A DNA stretch of 61,177 bases, filler included. It is 5 parts of 5 records of this genome, joined end to end, with 100 filler letters (N's around TTAATTAATTAA, not from the genome) between each part and the next. Parts side by side here need not be neighbours in the genome. Positions count along the whole stretch, not along the records: positions 47,639 to 54,710 come from SRR31156797_35605; positions 54,811 to 61,177 come from SRR31156797_35619; 3 more parts are not named here. One strand, 5' to 3'. This document shows, in pieces, positions 48,860-59,755 of the stretch. The position numbers were made by a program, and so were the translations under genes. The notes below the pieces were generated by a model. The model was not told the DNA's origin. It did not search any database and saw nothing but the letters and a program-made list of their open reading frames with translations. The first letter of the stretch is position 1. Each line of letters opens with the position of its first letter.

Positions 48860-50194
48860 TCACTTGCCGATGCAAAAATCCCGGAAGATGACATCGAGCA
48901 TGTCCTCGACATCGACCCGGCCGGTGATGCGTCCGAGCGAGCGGGCCGCCAACCGCAGATCCTCGGCCGCCAGTTCCGCCTGCGGCCCTTCCAGGAAGCG
49001 GGCCAGGGCGGCCCGGCAGTCGGTCAAAGCCTCGCGGTGCCGAGCCCGGGTCATCTGCGGCGCGCCGCCGGCCGGCACCAGGGCGGCTACCCGCGTCGTC
49101 AGATCGCGCTCAAGCCGCTCGATTCCGGCGCCGGTCAAGGCCGAGATCGGCAGCACCGCCTGGCCACTGATGGCCAGCGGCGGTTTCGGATCGGCCAAGT
49201 CGGTCTTGTTGATGACGACGACGGTGTCGGCATCGATGAGGGCGGCCGTCCTGCCATCGGTCGCCGGCCAGCCCGCAACGTCGAATACGGCCAGGCGCAG
49301 GTCGGCTTCTTCGCCCCGCCGCGCCGCCCGGCGGACGCCCTCGATCTCGATGGCATCGGCGCCATCCCTGAGCCCGGCGGTATCGGCGATCGTAACCGGC
49401 ACGCCGCCGAGGTCGAGCCTGACCTCGATGACGTCGCGGGTGGTGCCGGCGATCTCCGAAACGATTGCCGCGTCGCGCCTAGCCAGCAAATTGAGCAGGC
49501 TCGACTTGCCGGCATTGGGCGGCCCGATGATGGCGACCTGGATGCCGTCCCGCAGGCGCTCGCCGCCGTGGCCGTCATCCAGATGCGCCGCGATTTCATC
49601 GCGCAGCGCCATAACATCCCGGCGCGCGCCGTCGATCAGGCCGGCCGGCAGGTCCTCGTCGGAAAAATCGATGCTGGCTTCGAGATGGGCCTGGGCGGCG
49701 ATCAGCCGGGCTCGCCAATCCTCGTAGAAACGGCCAAGTGCACCCTCGGCCTGTTTCAGGGCCTGACGACGCTGGGCTTCGGTCTCCGCCGCGACCAGAT
49801 CGGCCAGGCCTTCCGCCGCGGTCAAATCCATCTTGCCGTTCTCGAAGGCGCGCCGGGTGAATTCGCCGGGTTCGGCCAAACGCAGGCCGTCAATCGACGC
49901 CAGCGCCCGGAGCACCCGCGCGATGACGGCATGGCCGCCATGGATGTGAAGTTCGACCACATCTTCGCCGGTGAAACTGTGCGGGCCGGGAAACCAGCAG
50001 GCCAGGCCGTCGTCCAAGACGTCGCCGTCAAAACGATCGGTCAGACGGATGCGGGTCAGACAGCGCGGCGACGCCGGTTCGGTTCCAGCGAGGGATCTAA
50101 GGGCATCGGCGGCACCGGGGCCGGAAAGGCGGACCACCGCGATACCGGCGGCACCGGCGCCCGAGGCCAGGGCAAAGATGGTTTCGGACTTCAT
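48860..50194 (-). CDS. mnmE: tRNA modification GTPase MnmE/TrmE
   Basis: [33 protein letters not shown]. Confidence 0.97.
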   Translation of the reverse strand: MKSETIFALASGAGAAGIAVVRLSGPGAADALRSLAGTEPASPRCLTRIRLTDRFDGDVLDDGLACWFPGPHSFTGEDVVELHIHGGHAVIARVLRALASIDGLRLAEPGEFTRRAFENGKMDLTAAEGLADLVAAETEAQRRQALKQAEGALGRFYEDWRARLIAAQAHLEASIDFSDEDLPAGLIDGARRDVMALRDEIAAHLDDGHGGERLRDGIQVAIIGPPNAGKSSLLNLLARRDAAIVSEIAGTTRDVIEVRLDLGGVPVTIADTAGLRDGADAIEIEGVRRAARRGEEADLRLAVFDVAGWPATDGRTAALIDADTVVVINKTDLADPKPPLAISGQAVLPISALTGAGIERLERDLTTRVAALVPAGGAPQMTRARHREALTDCRAALARFLEGPQAELAAEDLRLAARSLGRITGRVDVEDMLDVIFRDFCIGK

Positions 50195-50251
50195 TTCCTT
50201 CCCAAGAAATCGACGGGCCCAATCCTTCGGGCCACATTATATTGTGCTGGC

Positions 50252-50593
50252 TTAGTCGTCGATCCCCAACATCAGGCGTTCGACCGGTTTACCGTCGCGC
50301 ATATGGCTTTGCAGAATTTCATCGATATCCTGTTTCGTCTCGGCCCGATACCAGATTCCTTCCGGATAGACAACGATGGTCGGCCCCAGTTCGCAGCGGT
50401 CCAGACAGCCCGACTGGTTGATGCGCACGCCGTCCAGACCCATCCGTTTGGCCATGCCCTTCATGTAGTTGCGCAGGCCCGTGGCGCCTTTCGATTTGCA
50501 GCAACCACGCGGATTGTTCTCCGGCCGCTCGTTGACGCAGCAGAAAACATGATGGCGGTAAAAGGGCCGGGAGCCCGTATCGTTCTCGGACAC
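50252..50593 (-). CDS. Thioredoxin-like [2Fe-2S] ferredoxin
   Basis: FCCVNER...GCC...GCLDRCELGP...YPEGIWY; GGAGG RBS before GTG 50593. Confidence 0.9.
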   Translation of the reverse strand: MSENDTGSRPFYRHHVFCCVNERPENNPRGCCKSKGATGLRNYMKGMAKRMGLDGVRINQSGCLDRCELGPTIVVYPEGIWYRAETKQDIDEILQSHMRDGKPVERLMLGIDD

Positions 50594-50795
50594 TTCGCTG
50601 TTCCTCCGAATTGACTGGTACGATCGATCGTCGCCATGACCGGCCCTGCATTTGTGACGTCCGATCGCCCGCTTCAATGCGCAAGCCGTCGGTTTTTTAC
50701 CGTTCCCGTTGCAACGGGGCAGGTCGGCCCCAAATTAAAGGCCGACGGACTCATCCCCGGGCGCGGGCAAAAATCAGGCGGAATCCCAAAGGATC

Positions 50796-52844
50796 ATGAG
50801 CGAAAATCAACTCCCGAACGAGACCAGCCCCTACCTTCTGCAACACAAGGACAATCCCGTTCACTGGCGCCCCTGGGGCGATGATGCCCTGGCCGAGGCG
50901 AAGGCGACGGGCAAACCGATCCTGCTGTCGGTCGGCTACGCAGCCTGCCACTGGTGCCATGTCATGGCCCACGAAAGCTTCGAGGATCCGGCCATCGCCG
51001 CGATCATGAACGAGCTGTTCGTCACCATCAAGGTCGACCGCGAGGAACGCCCCGATGTCGATGTCGTCTATCAGACGGCGCTGGCGCTGTTGGGCGAGCA
51101 GGGCGGCTGGCCCCTGACCATGTTCCTGACGCCGGACGGCGATCCGTTCTGGGGCGGCACCTATTTTCCGCCGACGGCACGCTACGGGCGCCCGGGTTTT
51201 GCCGACATTTTGCGCCGGGTCGCCGACATCCACCGCGACGACAAGGAGAAGGTCGCCCACAATGCCGAGGCGCTGAAAGACGCCATGGCCCGCATGGCGA
51301 AGCCGCCGAGCGGCGGCGGTGTCGATATTGCGGCCCTTAACGCCGTCGCCGAGGCGGCTCTGTCGGTGGTCGATCCGATCAAAGGCGGCACCCGGGGCGC
51401 GCCGAAGTTTCCGCAGCCGGCATTTTTCCGTTTTCTGTGGCGGGCTTACCGGCGGACCGGCGACAAGAGATTTCACGATGCCGTCACCACGACGCTCGAT
51501 GCGATCTGCCAGGGCGGCATCTACGATCACCTGGGCGGCGGTTTCGCGCGGTATTCGACCGACGCCGATTGGCTGGTGCCGCATTTCGAAAAAATGCTCT
51601 ACGACAACGCCCAGATCCTCGAGTTGCTGGCCGAGGCCTGGCAGGAAACCGGGTCCGATCTTTATGCCGTCCGCGCCCGCGAAACCGTCGACTGGCTGAT
51701 CCGCGACATGCGGGACCGGGCCGAAGGCGACGATGCCGGTTCGGGCGCGCCGTTCGGTTTCGTCAGCGCTTTCGATGCCGACAGCGAGGGCGTCGAAGGT
51801 CAGTATTACATCTGGAGTCAGGCCGACATCGAAGCCATCCTCGGCGACGAAGCGGCCCCCTTCATCGCCGCCTACGACGTCAGCCCGACCGGCAACTGGG
51901 AAGGGGTGACGATCCTCAACCGCAGTGCCGCCCCTGTCCTCGGCGACGAAGAATCGGAAAAACGCCTGGCGGAAAGCCGGGCCAAGCTTCTGGCGGTCCG
52001 CAGTGAACGCGTTCCACCGATGCGCGACGACAAGGTCCTGGCCGACTGGAACGGCCTGATGATCGAGGCGCTGGCCAACGCCGGCGCCATATTCGGCGAA
52101 GACGGCTGGATTGGCCTGGCCCGCCGGGCCTTCGACTTCGTCTGCGACAATCTTACCGTCAACGGCCGCCTGCGCCATTCCTGGTGCACCGGATCGGCCC
52201 GGCACCCGGCCTTGCTCGACGACTACGCCAATCTGTCGCGGGCCGCACTGGCGTTGTATCAGGCGACGGGTAGGCCCGACTACCTGAACCAGGCCGAGGC
52301 CTGGACCGCCGTCCTCGATGCCCGCTATTGGGATCCCGATGCGGGCGGTTATTTCCTGACCGCGGATGATGCCCACGATCTGATCACGCGCCCGAAAACG
52401 GTCGCCGACAACGCCGTGCCGCCGGGCAACGGCACCATGGTCGAGGTCCTGGCGCGGCTTTATCACCTGACCGGCAATACGGCCTATCGCGACCGTGGGG
52501 ACGCCCTGGTGCGAATCTTCTCCGGCCGTGAAGTCGGACACCAGATCAACATGCCAAGTCTCTTCATGGGCTTTGAAATGCTCGACAGGCCCGTTCAGAT
52601 CGTCGTTATCGGCGATCCGGATGCCGCCGACACCACAGCGCTGGTGCGCGCCGTTCAAACGGGCGCGCCGCCGACCCATACCCTGTGCCGCATCGAACCG
52701 GGAACGCAACTGCCGGACGGCCATCCGGCCCGCGGCATGGGACAGATCGACGGGCGGCCGACGGCCTATGTCTGCGTCGGCGCCGCCTGCGGCCTGCCCA
52801 GCACCGATGCCAGGGCCTTGCGGGACGAACTGGCGCGATTGTAA
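50796..52844 (+). CDS. YyaL/SPATA20-like thioredoxin-domain protein (DUF255)
   Basis: [42 protein letters not shown]. Confidence 0.93.
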   Translation: MSENQLPNETSPYLLQHKDNPVHWRPWGDDALAEAKATGKPILLSVGYAACHWCHVMAHESFEDPAIAAIMNELFVTIKVDREERPDVDVVYQTALALLGEQGGWPLTMFLTPDGDPFWGGTYFPPTARYGRPGFADILRRVADIHRDDKEKVAHNAEALKDAMARMAKPPSGGGVDIAALNAVAEAALSVVDPIKGGTRGAPKFPQPAFFRFLWRAYRRTGDKRFHDAVTTTLDAICQGGIYDHLGGGFARYSTDADWLVPHFEKMLYDNAQILELLAEAWQETGSDLYAVRARETVDWLIRDMRDRAEGDDAGSGAPFGFVSAFDADSEGVEGQYYIWSQADIEAILGDEAAPFIAAYDVSPTGNWEGVTILNRSAAPVLGDEESEKRLAESRAKLLAVRSERVPPMRDDKVLADWNGLMIEALANAGAIFGEDGWIGLARRAFDFVCDNLTVNGRLRHSWCTGSARHPALLDDYANLSRAALALYQATGRPDYLNQAEAWTAVLDARYWDPDAGGYFLTADDAHDLITRPKTVADNAVPPGNGTMVEVLARLYHLTGNTAYRDRGDALVRIFSGREVGHQINMPSLFMGFEMLDRPVQIVVIGDPDAADTTALVRAVQTGAPPTHTLCRIEPGTQLPDGHPARGMGQIDGRPTAYVCVGAACGLPSTDARALRDELARL

Positions 52845-52853
52845 AGTCGGTCC

Positions 52854-53306
52854 ATGCCGCACGACAGCCTGTCCACGCCCTTCGGTCCGCTGACCGTCTT
52901 CGAGGATGACGATGCCATCGTCGCGATCGAATTCGGCCGGGCGCCGGGCAGCGCCCCGACCCCTCTTTTGCATGAGGCGCACAGGCAACTAAACGCCTAT
53001 TTCGATGGCCGCCTGAAAGATTTCGATTTGCCGCTGGCGGCATCCGGGTCGCCATTTCAAAAGAAAGTCTGGCAAAACCTGTCGCGGATCGAATACGGCC
53101 ACGTCCGTACCTACGGCGAGGTGGCGGCGGCGGTCGGTTCGGCGCCGCGCGCCATCGGCGGCGCCTGTGGACGCAACCCGATCATTATCGTCGTGCCCTG
53201 CCACCGTGTCGTCGGCGCCAAATCGCGCCTGACCGGTTTCAGCGCCGACGGCGGTATCGAGACGAAACGCGCCCTTCTGCGGCTTGAAGGCGCGATCGGT
53301 TTTTAA
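52854..53306 (+). CDS. ogt: Methylated-DNA--protein-cysteine methyltransferase
   Basis: FQKKVW, TYGE, RAIGGA, PCHRV, KRALLRLE. Confidence 0.92.
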   Translation: MPHDSLSTPFGPLTVFEDDDAIVAIEFGRAPGSAPTPLLHEAHRQLNAYFDGRLKDFDLPLAASGSPFQKKVWQNLSRIEYGHVRTYGEVAAAVGSAPRAIGGACGRNPIIIVVPCHRVVGAKSRLTGFSADGGIETKRALLRLEGAIGF

Positions 53307-53353
53307 CCCGGCGGTATTGCCCGCCGCAGATTTCCGAAGTGGAGGATTGCAGG

Positions 53354-54328
53354 ATGAAAGCCATTCGAATTCACGAGTACGGCGGGCCCGAGGTCCTGAA
53401 GTGGGAGGATGCCGATGTCGGCGCTCCCGGACCCGGCGAAATTCGCATCCGCCACACCGCGGTCGGCCTCAATTACATCGACACCTATCAACGCACCGGC
53501 CTTTATCCGCTGCCGGGCCTGCCCAGCAGCATCGGGCTTGAGGCCGCCGGCATCGTCGAGGAAGTCGGCGACGGCGTCGACAGCGTTGCCGTCGGCCAAC
53601 GCGTCGCCTATGCCGGTGGCGCCGCCGGCGCCTACGCCGAGAGCCGGATCATGCCGCCGGACCGCCTGGTGCCGGTGCCCGACGGCATCGACGACAACAC
53701 CGCCGCCGCCATCATGCTGAAGGGCCTGACGAGTTGGTATCTGGTCCGGCGCACCTACGAGGTCGCGGCCGGCGAGACCATCCTGGTTCATGCCGCCGCC
53801 GGCGGCGTCGGTCTTATCCTGTGCCAGTGGGCGAAAAAACTGGGCGCCACCGTCATCGGCACGGTCGGATCGGACGCCAAGGCCGAACTGGCGAAAGCCA
53901 ATGGTTGCGACCATGCCATCGTTTACACGCGCGAGAATTTCGCCGAACGCGTCGGTGAAATCACCGACGGCGCCGGTGTGCCGGTGGTCTACGACGGGGT
54001 CGGCGCCGCCACCTGGGAAGGATCGCTCGACTGCCTGCGGCCGCGCGGCCTGATGGTCAGCTTCGGCAACGCCTCGGGCAAGGTGCCGGCGTTCGAACCG
54101 GTGGTGCTGTCGGCCAAGGGATCACTGTTCCTGACCCGGCCGACCATGGTTCACTACACGGCGGCGCGTCAGGACCTGGAGGCGGGCGCCACCGAATTGT
54201 TCGACATCGTCGCTTCAGGCGCCGTCAAGATCTCGGTCAATCAGACTTACGCGCTTTCCGATGCCGAACAGGCGCACCGCGATCTCGAGGGACGCAAGAC
54301 GACGGGTTCGACGGTCATACTGCCCTGA
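53354..54328 (+). CDS. qor: NADPH:quinone oxidoreductase (zeta-crystallin family)
   Basis: GGPEVL, HAAAGGVG, YDGVG, FGNASG, KGSLFLTRP, TTGS. Confidence 0.92.
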   Translation: MKAIRIHEYGGPEVLKWEDADVGAPGPGEIRIRHTAVGLNYIDTYQRTGLYPLPGLPSSIGLEAAGIVEEVGDGVDSVAVGQRVAYAGGAAGAYAESRIMPPDRLVPVPDGIDDNTAAAIMLKGLTSWYLVRRTYEVAAGETILVHAAAGGVGLILCQWAKKLGATVIGTVGSDAKAELAKANGCDHAIVYTRENFAERVGEITDGAGVPVVYDGVGAATWEGSLDCLRPRGLMVSFGNASGKVPAFEPVVLSAKGSLFLTRPTMVHYTAARQDLEAGATELFDIVASGAVKISVNQTYALSDAEQAHRDLEGRKTTGSTVILP

Positions 54329-54353
54329 GGCGGCATTTGCCCGGCGATGGAAA

Positions 54354-54383
54354 AACGGCGCGTTCCTTGCGGGACGCGCCGTT
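54354..54383. terminator. Intrinsic terminator between convergent qor and rho
   Basis: AACGGCGCGTTCC-TTGC-GGGACGCGCCGTT hairpin. Confidence 0.75.
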
Positions 54384-54409
54384 CCTTTGTTCGGAAATCC
54401 GGTCTTCGG

Positions 54410-54710
<301 letters not shown>

Positions 54711-54810
54711 NNNNNNNNNNNNNNNNNNNNNNNNNNNNNNNNNNNNNNNNNNNNTTAATTAATTAANNNNNNNNNNNNNNNNNNNNNNNNNNNNNNNNNN
54801 NNNNNNNNNN
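54711..54810. other. Artificial contig linker
   Basis: N-run, TTAATTAATTAA, N-run. Confidence 0.98.
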
Positions 54811-55854
54811 ATTGGCCCAGGTTTCCACGTTGTTCAAGACCGTGGGCTTGTGCCACAGGCCATCCACCACCGAATGGACGTCCTTGGGATGGGGTTCGCC
54901 CACCTTGCCTTCCAGGGAAGCCATAAGGGCCGTTGATTCGCCGCAGACAAATGCGCCGCCGCCGCGCGCCACCTCAACATCAAAGGAAAACGACGTTCCG
55001 AAAATGTTTTCGCCTAAGATTCCCATTTCTCGGGCCTGTTCTATGGCTATGCGGATGTGTTTTACCGCCAGGGGATATTCATTACGCACATACACATATC
55101 CCTGCCAGGCGTTCACGGCCCAGGCCCCGATCATCATGCCTTCGAGCACCAGGTGGGGATTTCCTTCCAGCACGCTACGGTCCATGTAGGCGCCGGGATC
55201 CCCTTCGTCGGCGTTGCAGATCACATATTTTTCATCGCCCGGCGCTTCAGAGCACTGCTCCCATTTCCGGCCCGTGGGAAAGCCGGCACCGCCACGGCCC
55301 CTTAAGCCGGAGCCTTTGATTTCTTCGATGACCGCTTCCGGAGAGATGCCCGGCAGCACTTTTGTGATGGCTGAGTACCCGCCGATGGCAATGTAATCTT
55401 CGATGTTGCAGGGATCCACCCGGCGGTTCTGGGCCAGCAGTTGCCGGTCCTGCGCTTGGTAGAAGGGAATATCCGATTCCCTTTTAATGGTTTTCCCCGA
55501 AACCGGATCCGTATAAAGCAGTCGCTCGATCAGCTCGCCCTTGCCGACGGTCCTTTGGACAATTTCCTCGGCATCGCCAGGAGATACGTGGCAATAGAAT
55601 GTGTTGTCGGGTTCCACCACGAGAATGGGACCCTGCTCGCAGAACCCGTGGCAACCCGTGGCGCGCACCAGGATATCCGTCGCAAAACCCTGTTTCAGCA
55701 GTTCCGCCTGGATGCTGTCAATGACATCCCGGGAGCGTGAAACTTGGCATCCGGTGCCGCCGCACAGGATCAGGGTTTTTCGAAAGCTTTTACGGTAGGA
55801 CTGTAGTTTTTCCCGAAGGGCTTCCAGATCATTGATGGTGTTGATCTTGTTCAT
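54811..55854 (-). CDS. NuoF/HydB-like NAD(H)/FMN-binding subunit with N-terminal [2Fe-2S] domain, 3'-truncated
   Basis: CGGTGC...GCHGFCEQGP; GLRGRGGAGFPTG; CNADEGDPGAYMDR; GAFVCGES; NNVET. Confidence 0.9.
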
Positions 55855-56329
55855 TCAGATTCCCCTCCGTTGATGAATGGCTCAGTTTAGTGATGAGTTT
55901 TCGTACCTTCCGGGCATTCATGTGATGATAGGACGATCCGTTCTCCGTCACCACCGGTCCCAAAGCGCAGGCGCCCAGGCAGTTCACCTGCTCGATGGTA
56001 AAGAGGCCGTCCGGTGTCATTTCATGGGGGGCAACGCCCAATTGACCCGTGGCCTGGTTGAGCACCGTTTTTGCGCCCCGCACATGACATGCGGTTCCCG
56101 TGCATACGGTGAGCACGTTCTTGCCGCGGGGCTTCAATGAAAAGGCTTTGTAAAAGGACGCCACGGCATAGACTTCCGTGAGGGGAACGCCCAACTCCTT
56201 GCTTATGCCCTTCATGGAAGATTCGGAAATGTATCCTTCCCGGGCTTGAACATCCTGAAGCACTTCGATGAGCTGATGGGGTTGGCTTTTGCGCCCCTCC
56301 AAAATAGCGGCAAGCTCCGATTGCGACAT
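55829..56329 (-). CDS. NuoE/HydC-like [2Fe-2S] subunit
   Basis: LQDVQ...GY, VASFY, CTGTACHV, CLGACALGP; GGAGG RBS. Confidence 0.92.
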   Translation of the reverse strand: MSQSELAAILEGRKSQPHQLIEVLQDVQAREGYISESSMKGISKELGVPLTEVYAVASFYKAFSLKPRGKNVLTVCTGTACHVRGAKTVLNQATGQLGVAPHEMTPDGLFTIEQVNCLGACALGPVVTENGSSYHHMNARKVRKLITKLSHSSTEGNLNEQDQHHQ

Positions 56330-56456
56330 ATTAACCTCCCTTGTTTGATATTTTATGTTGACAGAGCGTAGTGTATAGGTCAGGATACGTTCCGTAAATA
56401 CGATAAGAATACCCCCTTAATACCCATAATGAGTGGGTCCTCATAGGGCCTAAGTA

Positions 56457-57473
56457 ATGCCTATTGAATACCCATTACCGACTGTAACAGGAAAAACCAT
56501 GACCCCATTAAAGTCCTCTTCGCCGAAAGCTTCCGGCAGGAATTTCAAAAGCACAAACCGGGATTTTTTCCGTTTATGGCGGATTCCCCTTAACAACGAA
56601 ACCGATCCCTCAAAACTCATGACGGCGCTTCGCGAGCGGATCAAGGAGTTGAACTGTCTCTACGGCATCGCCCAACTGGCGGAACTTCACCCGGATTCCA
56701 TTGAAGACCTGTTGCGGGATCTGGTGAACTTTCTACCCTATTCGTGGCAGTATCCCGAAATTGCCCGGGCCAGGATCATCTTCAAGGGAGAGACCCATAA
56801 GAGCAGCGGATTTAAAATGACCCGATGGCGCCAGTCATCCCGGATTTTCATGTACAATGAACCGGTGGGCGAGGTGGCCATTTTCTACCTGGAAGAATGT
56901 CCACCGGCGGATGAGGGCCCTTTTCTCCATGAGGAGAGGGCGCTCTTGGACGCTTTGGCCGAACGTATCGGCAGCACGGCCATGCGGATTTCAGCCGAAA
57001 TTGAACTGCAGGAAAGCAATCAGCAGCTCATGCTGGAACGAAAGGCGTTGCAAGAGGCCAATTCGGCCCTGCGCGCTGTTCTGGCCAGAATAGAGGAGGA
57101 AAAACAGGGCATCTACAGAGACGTGAAGACCAACATCGACAAGATTATCATGCCCCTGTTGCATGCCCTTGCCCTGGATCTGCCCCAAGGCAAGTGGAAG
57201 TATATCGAGGTGCTCAAGACCAACCTGGAGGAAATCGTATCCCCCTTCGTCAACAATCTGTCCAAAAACTGCCTCTCCCTGACGCCCACGGAAGTCAATA
57301 TCTGCAACCTGATCCGCAACGGGCTGCAGACCAAGGAAATCGCCCGGATGCGGGGCGTATCCACGGCCACCGTCAAGCGGCACCGGGAACACATCCGCCG
57401 GAAGCTCAAGATTGCCAACAGCCATGTGAACCTGGCCACCTATTTGCAATCGGTCATGCAGGAGAAAGCGTGA
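56457..57473 (+). CDS. LuxR-type HTH regulator with N-terminal GAF-like domain (true start probably further downstream)
   Basis: LRERIKELNCLY...SWQYPE...GPFLHEE; C-terminal LTPTE...KEIA...TVKRHREHIRRKL. Confidence 0.8.
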   Translation: MPIEYPLPTVTGKTMTPLKSSSPKASGRNFKSTNRDFFRLWRIPLNNETDPSKLMTALRERIKELNCLYGIAQLAELHPDSIEDLLRDLVNFLPYSWQYPEIARARIIFKGETHKSSGFKMTRWRQSSRIFMYNEPVGEVAIFYLEECPPADEGPFLHEERALLDALAERIGSTAMRISAEIELQESNQQLMLERKALQEANSALRAVLARIEEEKQGIYRDVKTNIDKIIMPLLHALALDLPQGKWKYIEVLKTNLEEIVSPFVNNLSKNCLSLTPTEVNICNLIRNGLQTKEIARMRGVSTATVKRHREHIRRKLKIANSHVNLATYLQSVMQEKA

Positions 57474-57506
57474 GGCGTTTGGCACCCGTCCATCAAGTTC
57501 ACCGTT

Positions 57507-59681
57507 ATGGTCAATAAAATATCGGAAATTATTGGGAATAGAGAAGAGATAGTCAGAATCATGGTCATGGGTGCAACCCTGTTGTTGGCCGCCGTCATGA
57601 CATTCTGGTTTCACGGCGTGTTAAGATATGATGCCGTTTTTACCCATCTATTTTATGTCCCCATTATTATGGCATCCATCTGGTGGCAGAGGAAGGGGCT
57701 GTTTGTGGCCTTATCCCTGGCGGCGGTTTTGATTGTAAGTGATATTCAGTATAATATATATATATTGAATTATAATGATTATTTTCGTGCCGTGATCTTT
57801 ATCCTGGTGGCCTCTGTGGTTGCCGGGCTGAGCGAGAAAATTTCAAATTCAGAGGTGGCGTTGCGGGAGAGCGAAGAGCGATATCGAAACATCTTTAACA
57901 ATGCCCAGGTGGGGATGTTCCGGAGTGCCATCCGTGACGGTACGATTCTGGAAGCCAACCAGCGAATCGCCGATATCCTGGGGTTTGAAAGCCCAAAAGA
58001 GATGATGCAGGTTTACAAAACTCTCGATTATTATGTGGATCCCGGCCGGCGGAAAGGTATCCTGGATGAAGGTCGGGAGACGGGCCTGTTTAACGGCGAT
58101 GAGGTCGCAATCAGACGGAACGACGGTTCGGTCATCTTTGTTCACTACTCCGGTCGAATCTATACGGAAGCGGGATATATCGAAGGGGTTATGATTGACA
58201 TCACCCAACAAAAACTTGTAGAGGACCGTCTCAGGAAGAGCGAGGAGAAATACCGGAACCTCTTTCATAACGCCCAGGTCGGAGCGGCCTGGAGTGTCCT
58301 TGAGGACGGCAGGATCGTGGATGCCAACCGGAGACTTGCCGAGATGTACGGATACACGAGCATACAGACGTTTAAGGACGAATTCATAATTTCAAAACAC
58401 TATGTGGACCCCGGAGTTCGTGCGCAATTTTTGGCGGAACTTGAAAAAGAGGGGCGTATTAAGAACTTTGAAGCCCGGCACAGGCGGCGGGACGGGGAAA
58501 TTATCTGGGTGCGATACTCCTGTCGGTTGGATCCCGGTCGGCATCTTGTGGAAACGGTTGTCGTTGATGTGACCCAGGCAAAACTTGCGGAAGCGGCGTT
58601 GAAGGAAAGCGAGGAGAAGTATCGCAACATTTTTGAAAATGCCCAGGTGGGGATAGCGCGGAGCAGAATCAGTGACGGCAGGGTCCTGGAGGCCAACCGC
58701 AAGGCGGCCGAGATAGCCGGATATGACAGTGTGGCGACCCTGAAGAAACAACACCTGTTTTCCGGGAAATACGCGGACAAAGGGGCCCGTGAGGTATTTA
58801 TGTCCGAGATTTTGAGTAAGGGAAGGATCGATAATTTTGAAACCCGCATCATCCGGTCAGACGGCGAAATCATCTGGGTGCGGTACTCGGGGCGGGCCTA
58901 TCCGGATAAGGGGTATCTGGAAGGGATGGTGGTGGATATCACGGCGGAAAAGGCGGCAAGGGATGCGCTCCTTAAAAGCAAAAAGGCCCTGAAGCGCATC
59001 AATAGGCAATTGCTTACGGAAGGAAGAAAGCGGCGACATCTATCAAAAAGACTCATCGATTTGCTCGAAAAGGATCGCAAACGGATCTCAATGGATCTCC
59101 ACGACCAGGTGGGCCAGGACCTCACGAAGCTCAAGATAGACCTGGAAATGCTCCTCCGCAATTTCGGACCGAATGAGGTCTCCTTGGGCGTCAAGATCAA
59201 TGCCGTGCGGGACAAGACCGTGAAGGCCATCAGGGATATCAAGGAAATCTCCTCCGGCCTCAGACCCAGCGTCCTTGACCATCTGGGTCTTGTGCCCGCG
59301 TTGAAAGAGTTGTGCGATATCATGAATCAACAAACCGGACTCCGTATCTATTTCTTTTGCAAGAAAAAATTTTGGGATCTCGGTGTCGAAAGGGAGGTTG
59401 CCATATATCGCATCGTTCAAGAGGGCCTTACCAACATGGTGAAGCATTCCGGGGCCCGAAAGGGGTTTGTGAGCCTCACCTGGAAAGAGGGGATGGTCTC
59501 GGTCAGTATTGAAGACGATGGTCTCGGTTTTGAGAAACGGGGTGACCATGGATTCCACATGTGGAGCAAGGAGTTGGGGCTTCTCATTATGGAGGAGCGG
59601 GCCATGCAGCTGGGAGGGAGTTTTCGTGTGGAATCGAGTGTCGGGGTCGGGACCACCTTATTGGCGGAGATCCCCCTGTAG
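57507..59681 (+). CDS. Membrane sensor kinase with three PAS domains, HisKA_3 (NarX/UhpB class)
   Basis: N-terminal TM segments; three SEE[RK]YRN.F.NAQVG repeats; RISMDLHDQVGQ, YRIVQEGLTNMVKHS, DDGLGF. Confidence 0.9.
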   Translation: MVNKISEIIGNREEIVRIMVMGATLLLAAVMTFWFHGVLRYDAVFTHLFYVPIIMASIWWQRKGLFVALSLAAVLIVSDIQYNIYILNYNDYFRAVIFILVASVVAGLSEKISNSEVALRESEERYRNIFNNAQVGMFRSAIRDGTILEANQRIADILGFESPKEMMQVYKTLDYYVDPGRRKGILDEGRETGLFNGDEVAIRRNDGSVIFVHYSGRIYTEAGYIEGVMIDITQQKLVEDRLRKSEEKYRNLFHNAQVGAAWSVLEDGRIVDANRRLAEMYGYTSIQTFKDEFIISKHYVDPGVRAQFLAELEKEGRIKNFEARHRRRDGEIIWVRYSCRLDPGRHLVETVVVDVTQAKLAEAALKESEEKYRNIFENAQVGIARSRISDGRVLEANRKAAEIAGYDSVATLKKQHLFSGKYADKGAREVFMSEILSKGRIDNFETRIIRSDGEIIWVRYSGRAYPDKGYLEGMVVDITAEKAARDALLKSKKALKRINRQLLTEGRKRRHLSKRLIDLLEKDRKRISMDLHDQVGQDLTKLKIDLEMLLRNFGPNEVSLGVKINAVRDKTVKAIRDIKEISSGLRPSVLDHLGLVPALKELCDIMNQQTGLRIYFFCKKKFWDLGVEREVAIYRIVQEGLTNMVKHSGARKGFVSLTWKEGMVSVSIEDDGLGFEKRGDHGFHMWSKELGLLIMEERAMQLGGSFRVESSVGVGTTLLAEIPL

Positions 59682-59755
59682 CGCCGTAAGGGATTTAAAA
59701 AAAGGATAGACCGGATAATAGTTCATACCCGTATTGCGGTGGGAGATCGATTATA

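Noticed and set aside
50751-52988. 745-aa antisense ORF, and similar long ORFs at 48839-50614, 25010-26329 and 15900-16847
   Set aside because: They are shadow frames opposite well-supported genes and have no motifs of their own.
56358-56386. Sigma-70 promoter from TTGACA upstream of the LuxR gene
   Set aside because: No convincing -10 hexamer at 16-18 bp spacing.
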